NCBI GenBank assembly: GCA_964551375.1
Contig: CAZKBG010000001.1
Location: forward strand, 150,001 to 182,000
Direction of reading: 5' to 3'
Origin: an uncultured archaeon
Lineage (GTDB): Archaea > Iainarchaeota > Iainarchaeia > Iainarchaeales > JAAZKV01
DNA length: 32,000 bases
Positions 1 through 10,100 of the stretch are shown here, in pieces. The notes beneath the pieces were generated by a model that saw nothing but the letters and a program-made list of their open reading frames with translations, was not told where the DNA came from and ran no database searches. Positions within the stretch are counted from its first letter, which is position 1; each line of letters begins with the position of its first letter. Both the position numbers and the translations under genes were made by a program.

Positions 1-2
1 CA

Positions 3-1865
3 ATTGAATACGCTTACAAAGACATTGATTCAATAGTGGTTGATTATAATGGCTCAACACAAGTATTCATTCCAAATTCAATAAGCTATGACGACTCTCT
101 AATTCCAATGAAAAGCATTTCACAAAAATACATTGATGATGCAAAAACCGCTGTTGATGAAGCAAAGAAAGCGCTTGAACAAAGCACTCTTCCTGAAACA
201 ATTCTGGGCGATTTTTATCAAAGTTATGCCTCAACAAAACGCGGAGTTGAAATGGCTCAGAGATTCCACGACCAAAATTATCTTTATTCAGCAGCAAATT
301 ATGCGTTTAATGCAAGAGTATTAGCAGGAACTATAAAAGAAATAGCTGATAATCCTTCCCTGTTGTTAAGCGATTCTGTTTTGCTTCAATCAAAAATATC
401 CGTTCTTAGAAAAGAAATAGACTCTATAAAGCAAAAAGCAGCATATATTCCGCTTGACTCATTTGAATGGGTAATAGGCGCGCAGCAGAGAATTGCTTAT
501 GCTGATCATGCGCTTTTAAAAATTGAAAACACTGAAGTAGTAACAATTGACGCGCCTAACGCTTCAACTGACCAGAAGCAGAAAGCCGAACAGGCAATAA
601 TGTACGGGCAGGTTTATGATTATGTTTCAGCAGAAGCATGGACAAGCGTTGCGCAGGACTTTTTAAAATTAGCCCAAAAAAGCAAGCAGAAAAAGATTCC
701 AGTTTATACAAAAGATTTTGTGACAATGGTTTCTAATGAAATAATAAAAGCAGACACTCTTATTGCTGATTCAAATATCTCGCAGGCTTCACTTGCAGAA
801 GCAAAGAGAAGATTGAGCTCGGCAAAGTATTCATTTGACAATAATTTTATTTTTGCCGCGCTTTATGACTCCTACTTTGCGCAGTCATTTGTAGAATCCG
901 AGCTTGACAGACAAAACATGGATGTTGATGTATTATTCAATTCAGTAGAAACTGATATTAACAGAGGGACATCAAGCGACTCAATTTGGGCAAATATGTT
1001 CTTTGACCACGCAAAGTTTTATTATGAAAATGCGGTTTTTAATAAAAAACTTGACCGAAAGGACGAGGTAGCTCAAAGCCTTGAAACAAGCTATGACTTG
1101 ATTTATTTAAGCAAGAAATTAAACAAAGCAAAAACTGCTGTCGAGGAATATGTTGCATTTACCCAAATGACTCCTTTTGTTGACACCGAGCCAGTTGTTG
1201 AAATTAAATATACAAAAAAGCCTGCAGATAATTTTGTTTATCTTGGAACAGTAATGCTGGTGTTAGCGCTACTACTTGTAGTAATAATAATTGTAATAGG
1301 AGTGCTTGTGAAATCAAAAAGGCCAAGCTTTTCTTACATTGGGGATTCAAGGCGCGAGAAATTAAAAGTTGTATTAAACAATCTTGAATCCGCTCTCACT
1401 CAGAAAAAGATTTCAGATGCTGAATATTTCTTTATGAAAAAGCAGTACGAAAAAGAGCTTCAGCACAAAAATTTAGTAGGCGAGCAGAGAAAACGCTTGA
1501 ATTTAAGCATTGATGATTTGAGAGCAAAGCAGAGAGCGCTTGAAAGAGGATTAATTGACTTAAGAAGGCACCACAAAGACGGATTAATACTTCCTGAAGA
1601 CTTTGAAAGAAATTACAAGCAGGCGCAGGATGAAATTCACGAGATTAGGGATGAAATTAAGATTACCCAGCGCGAAAAAATTGCAGCAGGAAGGGAAAAA
1701 TCTCCCATAACTGGATTTTTCAAGAAACTTTCAAAAAAAGAGCCGAAATTAAAAGGCACTGAAGAAATTGCTCATGAAGAGGCGGAAGAAGAGACAAAGG
1801 AAAGGGCAAAGAGAAAAAAAATGATTAGAAGATTTGCTTACAGAAACGGCAAGCAGAAAAAATAA
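3..1865 (+). CDS. Membrane-anchored protein with helical repeats, one TM segment and a charged coiled-coil C-terminus; 5' truncated by window edge (frame is open back to base 3; first table start is GTG at 36)
   Basis: Long ORF. TM segment FVYLGTVMLVLALLLVVIIIVIGVLV is followed by a Lys/Glu-rich coiled coil. The reading frame is open upstream of 36 (IEYAYKDIDSIV). Confidence 0.85.
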   Translation: MEYAYKDIDSIVVDYNGSTQVFIPNSISYDDSLIPMKSISQKYIDDAKTAVDEAKKALEQSTLPETILGDFYQSYASTKRGVEMAQRFHDQNYLYSAANYAFNARVLAGTIKEIADNPSLLLSDSVLLQSKISVLRKEIDSIKQKAAYIPLDSFEWVIGAQQRIAYADHALLKIENTEVVTIDAPNASTDQKQKAEQAIMYGQVYDYVSAEAWTSVAQDFLKLAQKSKQKKIPVYTKDFVTMVSNEIIKADTLIADSNISQASLAEAKRRLSSAKYSFDNNFIFAALYDSYFAQSFVESELDRQNMDVDVLFNSVETDINRGTSSDSIWANMFFDHAKFYYENAVFNKKLDRKDEVAQSLETSYDLIYLSKKLNKAKTAVEEYVAFTQMTPFVDTEPVVEIKYTKKPADNFVYLGTVMLVLALLLVVIIIVIGVLVKSKRPSFSYIGDSRREKLKVVLNNLESALTQKKISDAEYFFMKKQYEKELQHKNLVGEQRKRLNLSIDDLRAKQRALERGLIDLRRHHKDGLILPEDFERNYKQAQDEIHEIRDEIKITQREKIAAGREKSPITGFFKKLSKKEPKLKGTEEIAHEEAEEETKERAKRKKMIRRFAYRNGKQKK

Positions 1866-1910
1866 TAATTAATAAATTCTATTGGTAAAATTTGGCGATT
1901 TGTTAAATGT

Positions 1911-4900
1911 TTAAGATGCTTCTTCTTCATTATCGCTCAAATCTTCCACTGTTACATTTGATTTAGCGTGTTTTATTTCTTCATCAGCATCGCTTTTTAA
2001 TTTAAGTCCAATAACAGAACTGTCATCTCTTCCTCTTGCCACTCCAATTATTTGATGCGCTTTCTTTGTAATAACATCATTGTGGGTGATTGCAATGAAC
2101 TGGCTCTTTTCAGCGATTTTTTCAATTAAGTTGCTCATCTTTAATGAATTTTCTTTATCAAGCGCCGCATCAGCTTCATCAAATGCGTAAAACGGAGCAG
2201 GGTGGTATAATTGTATTGCGAACATGAAAGCAAGCGCTGTGAGGGTTTTTTCTCCCCCGCTCATTGAATCAATGTTTTGAAGTTTTCCTGCCTTGTGCTT
2301 TGCGTCAATCATTAATCCTGAATCAAGAGGCTTTTCTCCGTCAGCAAGGCGAAGGTCGCCTTCTCCGTTAAAGAATTTAAAGAAAATCTCTTTGAAGTTT
2401 TTGTTAATTTCATTAAAGCAATCCATGAAAACGCTTGTTCTCTTTACTTCAATTTTATCAATCATATCAAGAACTGCCATTCTTTCTTCGCCAAGTTTAG
2501 TTGCTTTTTGCTGTATATCATCAACTTCTTTCTTTAATTCATTAAAATTATCCACTGCCTTGAAGTTAACTGCTCCAATATCGTTGAGTCTTTTTTCAAT
2601 AAAAGCAAGTCTTTCTTTACATTCATCAAGGCTCTTTGAAGCATAAGGCTCAATTCCCTCAAACTCTTTCTTTTCTTCAGACAAATCCGCCTGTCTTACT
2701 CCAAGTTTGCTTTTTTCAATATTAAATTCCCCAGTTCTTACTTCAATCTTTCTTACCTTTCCAGATTCAGTTATTATTTCCTTCTCAAATTTATCAATTT
2801 TCTTATCAGAATAATCTTTTTCTTCAGCCAAAATTGCATTCTTTTTCTTTGCCTCGTGAAGTTGCTTTTCTTTAGCCATCACTTCTTCTTTAATTTCCAT
2901 CAAAAGCTTTTCTTTTTCCATTATTTCCTTTCTTAGCTGCTGGGTCTCGGCAGTAAGCGCGTTATTTTCAATTTCAGCATCCTCGTGCCTTATTGAAAGC
3001 GAGTCAAATCTTACTTTTAATTCATTAAATGCAGTTTCAACAACCCTTCGCTTATGTATAAGTTCTTCTGTTGTTTTGTTTGCTTTTGAATATTCTTCAA
3101 AAATATCCTGCTTTCTTGTGGAAGTAACAGAATCTTTCTGCTTTTCTTTCTCTTCAAGCAGTTGTTTTATTTTCTCATTGAGTTTATTTCTCTTTGACAT
3201 CTGAACGTCAAACTCTTTATTATCAACATCCTTCTTTGTTAGTTCAATTTTCTTCTTTAATTCCTCAAGCTTAGAATGAAGGCTCTTCTCATGAGCAGTT
3301 TCAGCGCTCAGTTTAGCAATAAGCATGATTCTTTCCTTTTCTTCATCAATCCTTTTCTTAATGTCGCTGATTTTAGCCGCGTGCTCTGACTCCATTGATG
3401 AATATTCTCTAATTAGCTTCTCTTTTTGTGCAAGAAGCAGCGCTTTTTTATCTTCTTTTAATGAAGAATCGCAAGTAGGGCACTGCGAAGCAGCTTTTTT
3501 TAGCTCATTAATAGCTTTTTCTTCCTGAAGTTTCTTTGATAAAAACAAATTCTTTGCCTCAAAAATTTCGGACAAATGCTTTTCAAAATCAGCCAGGTTT
3601 TTGTGAGGTTCTTTCTTCAAATGCTCCTCAATATGCTTCTTTTTTTTCTCAATTTCATTAAATTCTCCCTCTAATGCCTTCTCTTCTCCCTGCATTTCAA
3701 TTAATTTCCTTTCAGCAAATGATTTTTGCTTTTCCCAGTTTCTTGCAAGCACCTCAAGATCAAATACTTCCTTTCTGGCTTCTTCAATTTGCTTGTTTAA
3801 TTCTTCAAGTTTAGTCTCTTCTTTTGCTAGTTCAGCATTTTTTGATTTAACAATTCCTTCGAGCTGGGATTTCTTTTTGGAAGCTTCCTCAATCTGCCTT
3901 TCAAATTCTTTTAATTCCCCTTCCATTCTCTTTTGCTTCTCTTCAAGCTCCTTTCTTTCCTTCTCCCCATGCTTTACCGCGCTGGTATTAGTCTCAATTT
4001 TTTCAGTATTTTTTGCAATCTGCTCATTCTTCATGTCAATTTTGCCCTGCTCAAGAAGAAGCTTGGCTTTCTTTTCCTCATACTCTCTTCCAATTGTCGA
4101 GTAAGTTACTTCGCTTGCCTTAATCATCTGCCTTGATAAATCATCAGACTTCTTTTTTGATTCTTCAAGCTCTTTTCTAATTCCAAAAACCCTTTCTTCA
4201 ATAATTCGCTTCTGCTTGTCAAGCTCGCTGATTTCATTATCTGCATCAAGAATTTTTTTCTCAATTGTGTAAAGCTCTTTTGCAATAACAGTTGATTTAG
4301 TCCGCTTTCTTTCATCATCAAGCTCTTTTACTTCCTTAGCCGCCTTCATTTCCTGCTCCAGTTCTGAAAGGAAAGCATTTCGTTCGTTCATAATAATAGT
4401 TGCTTCCTTAATTTTTGAATCAACCTTATCAAGCTCTTTAATTGCCTCGTCCTTTTTTTGATCAAACTCGCTAAGTCCCGCAATATTATCAATAACCTCT
4501 CTTCGCTCAATAGGAGACATTTCAATAATTTTAGTAATATCCCCTTGCGTTACAATATTGTGCCCGTTAACATCAATTCCAAGCTCTGTTAACAGCGAGC
4601 TGATTTCGTTTAGGGTAGTTCTCTTTCCATCAAGGCGGTAAACACTCTTTCCCTGCTTGTCAATCATTCTGCTGATTTCATATTGTTTCTCATCATCTTT
4701 AAGCGTTAAATCAACTTTTCCGTAATTTTCTTTAGCGTCATTATTAACTAAGTCCGTCAGCTTGCCCGCTCTTAATGCTTTAAGCGAAGTGATTCCAAGA
4801 ACAAATAATAAAGCGTCTAAAACATTGCTCTTTCCGGAGCCGTTGCTTCCAACAATAGCAGAGAAGCCCTTGCTAATGGGAACTTCAGCCTTCTTAAACG

Positions 4901-4940
4901 ACTTAAAGTTTTTTAGAGTAAGTTTTATCAGCCTAGTCAT
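1911..4940 (-). CDS. SMC-family chromosome-maintenance ATPase with a Rad50-like zinc-hook motif (CPTC) in place of the hinge
   Basis: N-terminal MTRLIKLTLKNFKSFKKAEVPISKGFSAIVGSNGSGKSNVLDALLFVLG. SMC-type NIVTQGDITKIIEMSPIERREVIDNIAG. C-terminal SMSGGEKTLTALAFMFAIQLYHPAPFYAFDEADAALD. Coiled coils on both sides of QCPTCDSSL. Confidence 0.96.
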   Translation of the reverse strand: MTRLIKLTLKNFKSFKKAEVPISKGFSAIVGSNGSGKSNVLDALLFVLGITSLKALRAGKLTDLVNNDAKENYGKVDLTLKDDEKQYEISRMIDKQGKSVYRLDGKRTTLNEISSLLTELGIDVNGHNIVTQGDITKIIEMSPIERREVIDNIAGLSEFDQKKDEAIKELDKVDSKIKEATIIMNERNAFLSELEQEMKAAKEVKELDDERKRTKSTVIAKELYTIEKKILDADNEISELDKQKRIIEERVFGIRKELEESKKKSDDLSRQMIKASEVTYSTIGREYEEKKAKLLLEQGKIDMKNEQIAKNTEKIETNTSAVKHGEKERKELEEKQKRMEGELKEFERQIEEASKKKSQLEGIVKSKNAELAKEETKLEELNKQIEEARKEVFDLEVLARNWEKQKSFAERKLIEMQGEEKALEGEFNEIEKKKKHIEEHLKKEPHKNLADFEKHLSEIFEAKNLFLSKKLQEEKAINELKKAASQCPTCDSSLKEDKKALLLAQKEKLIREYSSMESEHAAKISDIKKRIDEEKERIMLIAKLSAETAHEKSLHSKLEELKKKIELTKKDVDNKEFDVQMSKRNKLNEKIKQLLEEKEKQKDSVTSTRKQDIFEEYSKANKTTEELIHKRRVVETAFNELKVRFDSLSIRHEDAEIENNALTAETQQLRKEIMEKEKLLMEIKEEVMAKEKQLHEAKKKNAILAEEKDYSDKKIDKFEKEIITESGKVRKIEVRTGEFNIEKSKLGVRQADLSEEKKEFEGIEPYASKSLDECKERLAFIEKRLNDIGAVNFKAVDNFNELKKEVDDIQQKATKLGEERMAVLDMIDKIEVKRTSVFMDCFNEINKNFKEIFFKFFNGEGDLRLADGEKPLDSGLMIDAKHKAGKLQNIDSMSGGEKTLTALAFMFAIQLYHPAPFYAFDEADAALDKENSLKMSNLIEKIAEKSQFIAITHNDVITKKAHQIIGVARGRDDSSVIGLKLKSDADEEIKHAKSNVTVEDLSDNEEEAS

Positions 4941-4948
4941 TTAATTCA

Positions 4949-5719
4949 CTACTTTGCTTTCGCGTAAAAGAAATTCGTAATAGCAGCAATAAAATAAGTT
5001 ACTCCAATTGCCTGCCCGATTATTGCAAGAGGAACCTCAAATGCTTCGCCAAGAACTATTCCAATTTGAGTTACTATTAAAGTTAAAAGAATCATAATAA
5101 GTCCCGCAATTATTATCAATGCAAGGCTTGACCAAAATCTTGAATTAGTGAATTTCCAGCTTTCTTCAAGAGCTTTCTTTAATTCCCTTTCAGTAAGCGC
5201 AGGGATTGCAAAAGCAAGTTTCACAAGCGCAATAAAACAAATTATTGAAATAATTATTGCAATAACTATCCCAACCCATGAATTAACCAAAGACATTATT
5301 TCAGAATTAACCCAAAATACCGCAAATACCAGCACTGCCGCGGCCAAAAGAATTAAAGTAAATCCAAAAGATTTTCTCAACTGCAGTACAGAATCATTAA
5401 CCGCTTCAATAAACTTCTGCCCCTGTGAAATTGACGCAATTGTTTCAAAAACAATAACCCAAATCATGAAAAGAACAAAACCAATTATTAAAGTTCCAAC
5501 TACTGTTAAAGGGTAATTGAAAAGAATGAATCCAATAAGATTGCTTGACTGATTAAAGATTCCAGGATTAAGAATAATATCAAGCATTGGGCCTTCAAGG
5601 AAAAAATCCCCCAAAATTCCAAAAACAGTTGATGCTAAAAGCGCAATAATTGCGGGAAGCAAAATATAAGGCTTAAATATTATCTGCTTAAATGACTCAA
5701 TCAAACTTCCAAAGAGCAT
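4949..5719 (-). CDS. Polytopic membrane protein, probably co-transcribed with the SMC-family gene
   Basis: Multiple hydrophobic segments; GGTGG Shine-Dalgarno-like motif upstream of ATG; 8-nt gap to the downstream SMC ORF on the same strand. Confidence 0.85.
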   Translation of the reverse strand: MLFGSLIESFKQIIFKPYILLPAIIALLASTVFGILGDFFLEGPMLDIILNPGIFNQSSNLIGFILFNYPLTVVGTLIIGFVLFMIWVIVFETIASISQGQKFIEAVNDSVLQLRKSFGFTLILLAAAVLVFAVFWVNSEIMSLVNSWVGIVIAIIISIICFIALVKLAFAIPALTERELKKALEESWKFTNSRFWSSLALIIIAGLIMILLTLIVTQIGIVLGEAFEVPLAIIGQAIGVTYFIAAITNFFYAKAK

Positions 5720-5900
5720 CCAACCACCAACTTAATGCTATAATTAAGTGCTTGAGGTTTAAATTAGTTGTGTTAAGCATTAATTACTCATCTTTCTTAA
5801 AGTGCTTCAATTTGGCAATCCTTCCACGATTTTGACTTTTGACTTTTGGGAACCTTTTAAAAGCTTTCCTTGCACTTTTTCTCTATACTTGGTGAGTTAA

Positions 5901-6179
5901 ATGAAAGTTCCTAAAGAAAAGAAAATTTATTGCGCAAAATGCAAAAAGCACACTAAACATAAACTAAAAGAATTCAAATCAGGCGCTGCACGCTCAATGG
6001 CTGCAGGAGCAAGAAGACACGAAAGGAACACAAAGCACGGTTACATGGGAAAATATAAGTACACTGTTTTAGTTAAGAAGCAGAATAAGAAACCAACATT
6101 CGTATGCGAATGCTCTGAATGCAAGAAGAAGATTCCTTATTCACTTGGAAAGAGAATGAAGAAAGTTACACAGCAGTAA
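5901..6179 (+). CDS. rpl44e: 50S ribosomal protein eL42 (L44e)
   Basis: MKVPKEKKIYCAKCKKHTKHKL... GAARSMAAGARRHERNTKHGYMGKYKYTV... CECSECKK is the typical L44e zinc-binding protein. Confidence 0.97.
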   Translation: MKVPKEKKIYCAKCKKHTKHKLKEFKSGAARSMAAGARRHERNTKHGYMGKYKYTVLVKKQNKKPTFVCECSECKKKIPYSLGKRMKKVTQQ

Positions 6180-6274
6180 AATTCTTCATCTTTAACTTTT
6201 TTTAGCCGAACTCTTATTTTGGCTAAAAACCCTATTTTCATTAAAAATATAAACAATAAGCCGCTAATTTAGTC

Positions 6275-7129
6275 ATGACATTCAATAATTCAGTTCTGAT
6301 GATAGTAAAGCAAACTCCTGGAATTGAATATAACGATTTATTGTCAAAAATTTCTCAAAGATACAAAAATCCCGCTTCGGCAAAATCATCCTTGGCTCGG
6401 GCGCTAAAAGACATGGCCTCATTTGGGCTGATAAAAAGAGAAGGAACAAGGCTTTTTGTGACGGATAAAGGGCTTGCTTCAATGAGCATAGAAATGAAAG
6501 ATAAATTAGTTTTAAGATTAAATGAAGAAATGAAGCGCCCTCTTGGAAGCTTGAATGACATTGTCCGTTTGTTGATTGTTTTATCCCAGCGAGGGAGCCA
6601 GGATAAGGATTTGTTAAATAATGCAAAAGAAAATGCTTCCTTCTCAATTGAAGATATAGAAGAACTAAGAAGAAAAATCCGCGCTGAAAGAAAACACTTA
6701 AAGAAAATGAGCCTTCTTCTTGAACAGCAGGCAACAAAACTTCGCGAACTTGACTTTAATGATACTGCAAAAATTCCATTTGATGAGCAGGTGGCTTCAA
6801 AGATAGGATTATTTTGCAAAGGACAGAAAATAATAGTTGAAACAAAGGATAATGATATTCTATCAAAAATTCCTGAACATTGGAAAAAGCAGGGAATTAT
6901 TTCAGTTGAGGGGGAAAATATTCCATTACTTACACAACTCCTTGCTTCAATGCTCTCAATTAAAGCAACGCTCTACTTGCCTGGAATTAAAGTTATTCTA
7001 ATGGCGGGAAATGCAACACTTTTTGGCGCGCACAAAGCTTTGAAGAGTTTTATTGATATGAAAGTGGCTGATGAAGTGAAGAGCCAGCTTAAAGAAAGCC
7101 AAACACAAGTTCAGCCTAAATTAAATTAG
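6275..7129 (+). CDS. Winged-helix-like DNA-binding protein with a central coiled coil; function unknown
   Basis: N-terminal HTH-like region (ALKDMASFGLIKREGTRLFVTDKGLASM), then helical EELRRKIRAERKHLKKMSLLLEQQ; complete ORF. Confidence 0.8.
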   Translation: MTFNNSVLMIVKQTPGIEYNDLLSKISQRYKNPASAKSSLARALKDMASFGLIKREGTRLFVTDKGLASMSIEMKDKLVLRLNEEMKRPLGSLNDIVRLLIVLSQRGSQDKDLLNNAKENASFSIEDIEELRRKIRAERKHLKKMSLLLEQQATKLRELDFNDTAKIPFDEQVASKIGLFCKGQKIIVETKDNDILSKIPEHWKKQGIISVEGENIPLLTQLLASMLSIKATLYLPGIKVILMAGNATLFGAHKALKSFIDMKVADEVKSQLKESQTQVQPKLN

Positions 7130-7155
7130 CACGGATTAAATTTGTTTAGATTCAA

Positions 7156-10100
7156 TCAATCAAGATTGATTTGCTTTCCGTTAATTGCATCAATCATTAC
7201 TACTCTTTCTTCACCAGTTCGTTTCTTTAAAACGCCTTCCCAAACTGGAAGGAATAAGTGAGTAACTTCTTTGACGCTAACATTTCCCCATAGTTTGTTT
7301 AGTAAAGCAGGCAAATCGCGTTCGTTTAAAGCAGGAGCAATTACAGCAGCTGATTCAATTTCAGTAATAGCTTTCTTTCCAATGCTTGAAAGCATTTCAT
7401 GTAATGGTGTTGGAGGAAGCTCAATTTCAATTCTTCCTGGCGCGTATACTGGATTTCCCTTGCTATCCGCTTGGATTTGAAGAAGCCCTTTCTTTGTTAG
7501 TGAATCAAGCACTCTTTTTGCATTTCCTTCTTCCATCTTCATTAAAACCGCAGCGTCTTTTGGAGTTCTCTTCTTTTCAGCCACAAGCTTAAACATAGTT
7601 GATTCGGATTCGTTTAAATCCATAAAAATTGGAAGACCTTTGCTTTCTACTAAAGCTCCTCTATCATCATGGATGAATTCTCCAGTTAGTGAATTAATGT
7701 AAGCTTCTCCAACTTGGAAAGCATCTTTGTGATTGAAGTACTTGTATTTTACTTTGTATAATTGAGCGTGCTTTAATACAACCCTGTCAAGTATTTCATC
7801 AGGGAATAAGAATTTTTTAGCAGCAAACCCTGCCAAAGATTTTCTTGCTCTCTGTTCATCAATCACAGGCCTTAATGCAGTAAGCTCAACTTTTTCATCA
7901 AACTCATGCAATTGTTCTCCAAACTTTTCAACATCCTTTGGAAGCTTCTTTGGCTTTAACATCTGCGCTCCGTAACCTTCTTCAGTATTTTCATTCTCAA
8001 GCGCTTCCTCTTCCTCAGCTTTAAGTGCTTCTTCTTCCTCTTTCTCCGCTTCCATTTCTTCAAGAACGCCTTTAGCGTAAACGGAATCATCTTTTACATT
8101 AAGCCCCTTCTTTTCAAGCTCTTTTAATATTTTATCAATTGAAACATTCTTTTTGTAAGTGTTATTTAAAGTGTCAAGAGTTTCCTTAATGCTGTCAATT
8201 CTAATGCTTGGATCTTTTTTCAATTGGTTTAATGCAATATTAACCGCGAGCACTTCAACTTGTTCAGTTTCAAGCTCCTGCTTTTCGTCAGTAGTCTCTG
8301 CATCTCTTCCTTCGTGCTGGCTCATTCTTGGGCGGATGCTCATCACAAATGCTCTGCTTGTAGTTTCGCTTCTGTCTCCGGTTAACGCAATTCCAACAGG
8401 CATTGTTTTAATGAAATTAGATTTCTTATAAGCAAAAGGAACAATAGTTGGAGTTCTTTTGTAAATACTCTTAATATCATCATCAAAAACTAATTTATGC
8501 GCCATGATAATATCTAATTGGCTTAAAACTTTGGAATCAATAGCGCTTGGCTGCTGAGTTGCAAATACTAAAGAACATCCAGGCCTTCTTCCCTGCTTAA
8601 CATACTCAACTAAAGCGCTGCTTGCAGGAGTTTTTTGATTTCCCCCAGGGATTAAAGTGTGCGCTTCATCAATGAAAAGCCAAGTTGGAGGAATGTTTAA
8701 TTCAACAATATCCTCCATCGCAGTATTATCATCAAATTTACCCGCAGCTTCTCTTCTTGTTCCTAATTTTCTTGCTGAGAGTAATCTTCTTGCAATAATT
8801 CCAACAACTAACGCGCTAACATTATCTTCCAAAAAACTTGTGTCAAGAATTGTCATTTGTCCCGCTCTTGAAAGAAGTCCAAGTGAAGTTCCTTTCTCAT
8901 CAAAAATTCCCCAATGCTTTGCAGCGTCAAAACGGCTTACTAAAGCTCTAATTGAATCAGCTTTGTAACCTTTTTCCCTATCATTTAATTCAGCATCAAA
9001 TTCAAAGCACTTTGCTAAATCATCAAGCGAGAAAGTATTTTGCTTTCCTCTAACTTCCTTTCCTTCCTCAGTAGAATAACCGCTTTTTACTTTTGCAATT
9101 CCTTTCTCCATCAACAGTCCAGTTGGAGAAAATCTGTCAATTCCAAAAGTCAAGCACCAATCTTCAGCAGTTAGTAAAGAAGGCTGGATTGAGAACACCG
9201 CATCATAAGTGCTTTTAGGAACTGAATCCTTCATTCCAACAGGGATGAAAACTTTAATGTTGTTTAGCCCTTTTGGCATTATTCCCCATTTAGCAAGTGC
9301 TTCAAGTTCTTTTTCTTCTTTATTTGGGTGCTTCATTGACCAAAATACTCCAATAGGGTCAACAACTACAATTCCAACATTTTTATTTTTTAATGCAAGC
9401 TCTTCTGCAACAACACCTAAAACATAGGATTTACCAGAGCCTCTTGCCCCGCAAACAAATACAACGTGAGGATTTAATCCGTCAAGATAAACATCAGTTC
9501 CTTCTTTGTCTTTTTCATTAACTCTTCCGACAAATAGTCCCGCTTCTTCACCGTATTTGTTTAATACGCTCTTTTTTCTTCCAATGTATGCATGTCCTTT
9601 TTCGCTCATTAAGAATTCAAGCTCGGGTTTTATTACGCCGTCTTTACCGTCTTCAGTTTCGTCCTCTTCAACTAAATTAGCTTTAGGCATTTTTGATTTA
9701 GGCGCGTTTTCGTCAGCATCCTCTTCTGAATCCACTTCGTCTTCAATTCCTTCTTCTTTAATTCCGTCTTCTCTCATTAAATCATCAGCCATTTCGTCAT
9801 GATCTTCATCCTGCTTTCTAGACGTGATAGAATCGTCATTAATCTTAACGCCTTTGTTAATTTTAACCTCTCCTTGAGCCGCCATCATAGCTTTATTCCT
9901 TATAACGCTCTTAATTATGGCTCTTTCAACAGGATGAGCTTTTGTAACCTCTTCTTCCTCATCCTCTTCATGAGTGACTTTTAAATCTAACTTGCCGCCG
10001 TAACCATTGCTCTTCTTTTTACCGTTTTCAGCTATATTTTCCTTTCCATTAGCGCCAGAATTAGATTTGTTTAAGGAATTATTAAGTTTTTCATTTATAA

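Noticed and set aside
2293-4321. Overlapping + and - ORFs inside the SMC gene
   Set aside because: Shadow ORFs of the coiled-coil coding region.
5901-6179. Expected S27e gene directly after L44e
   Set aside because: The usual archaeal partner is not adjacent here, but gene-order variation of this kind is common and not by itself evidence of anything novel.
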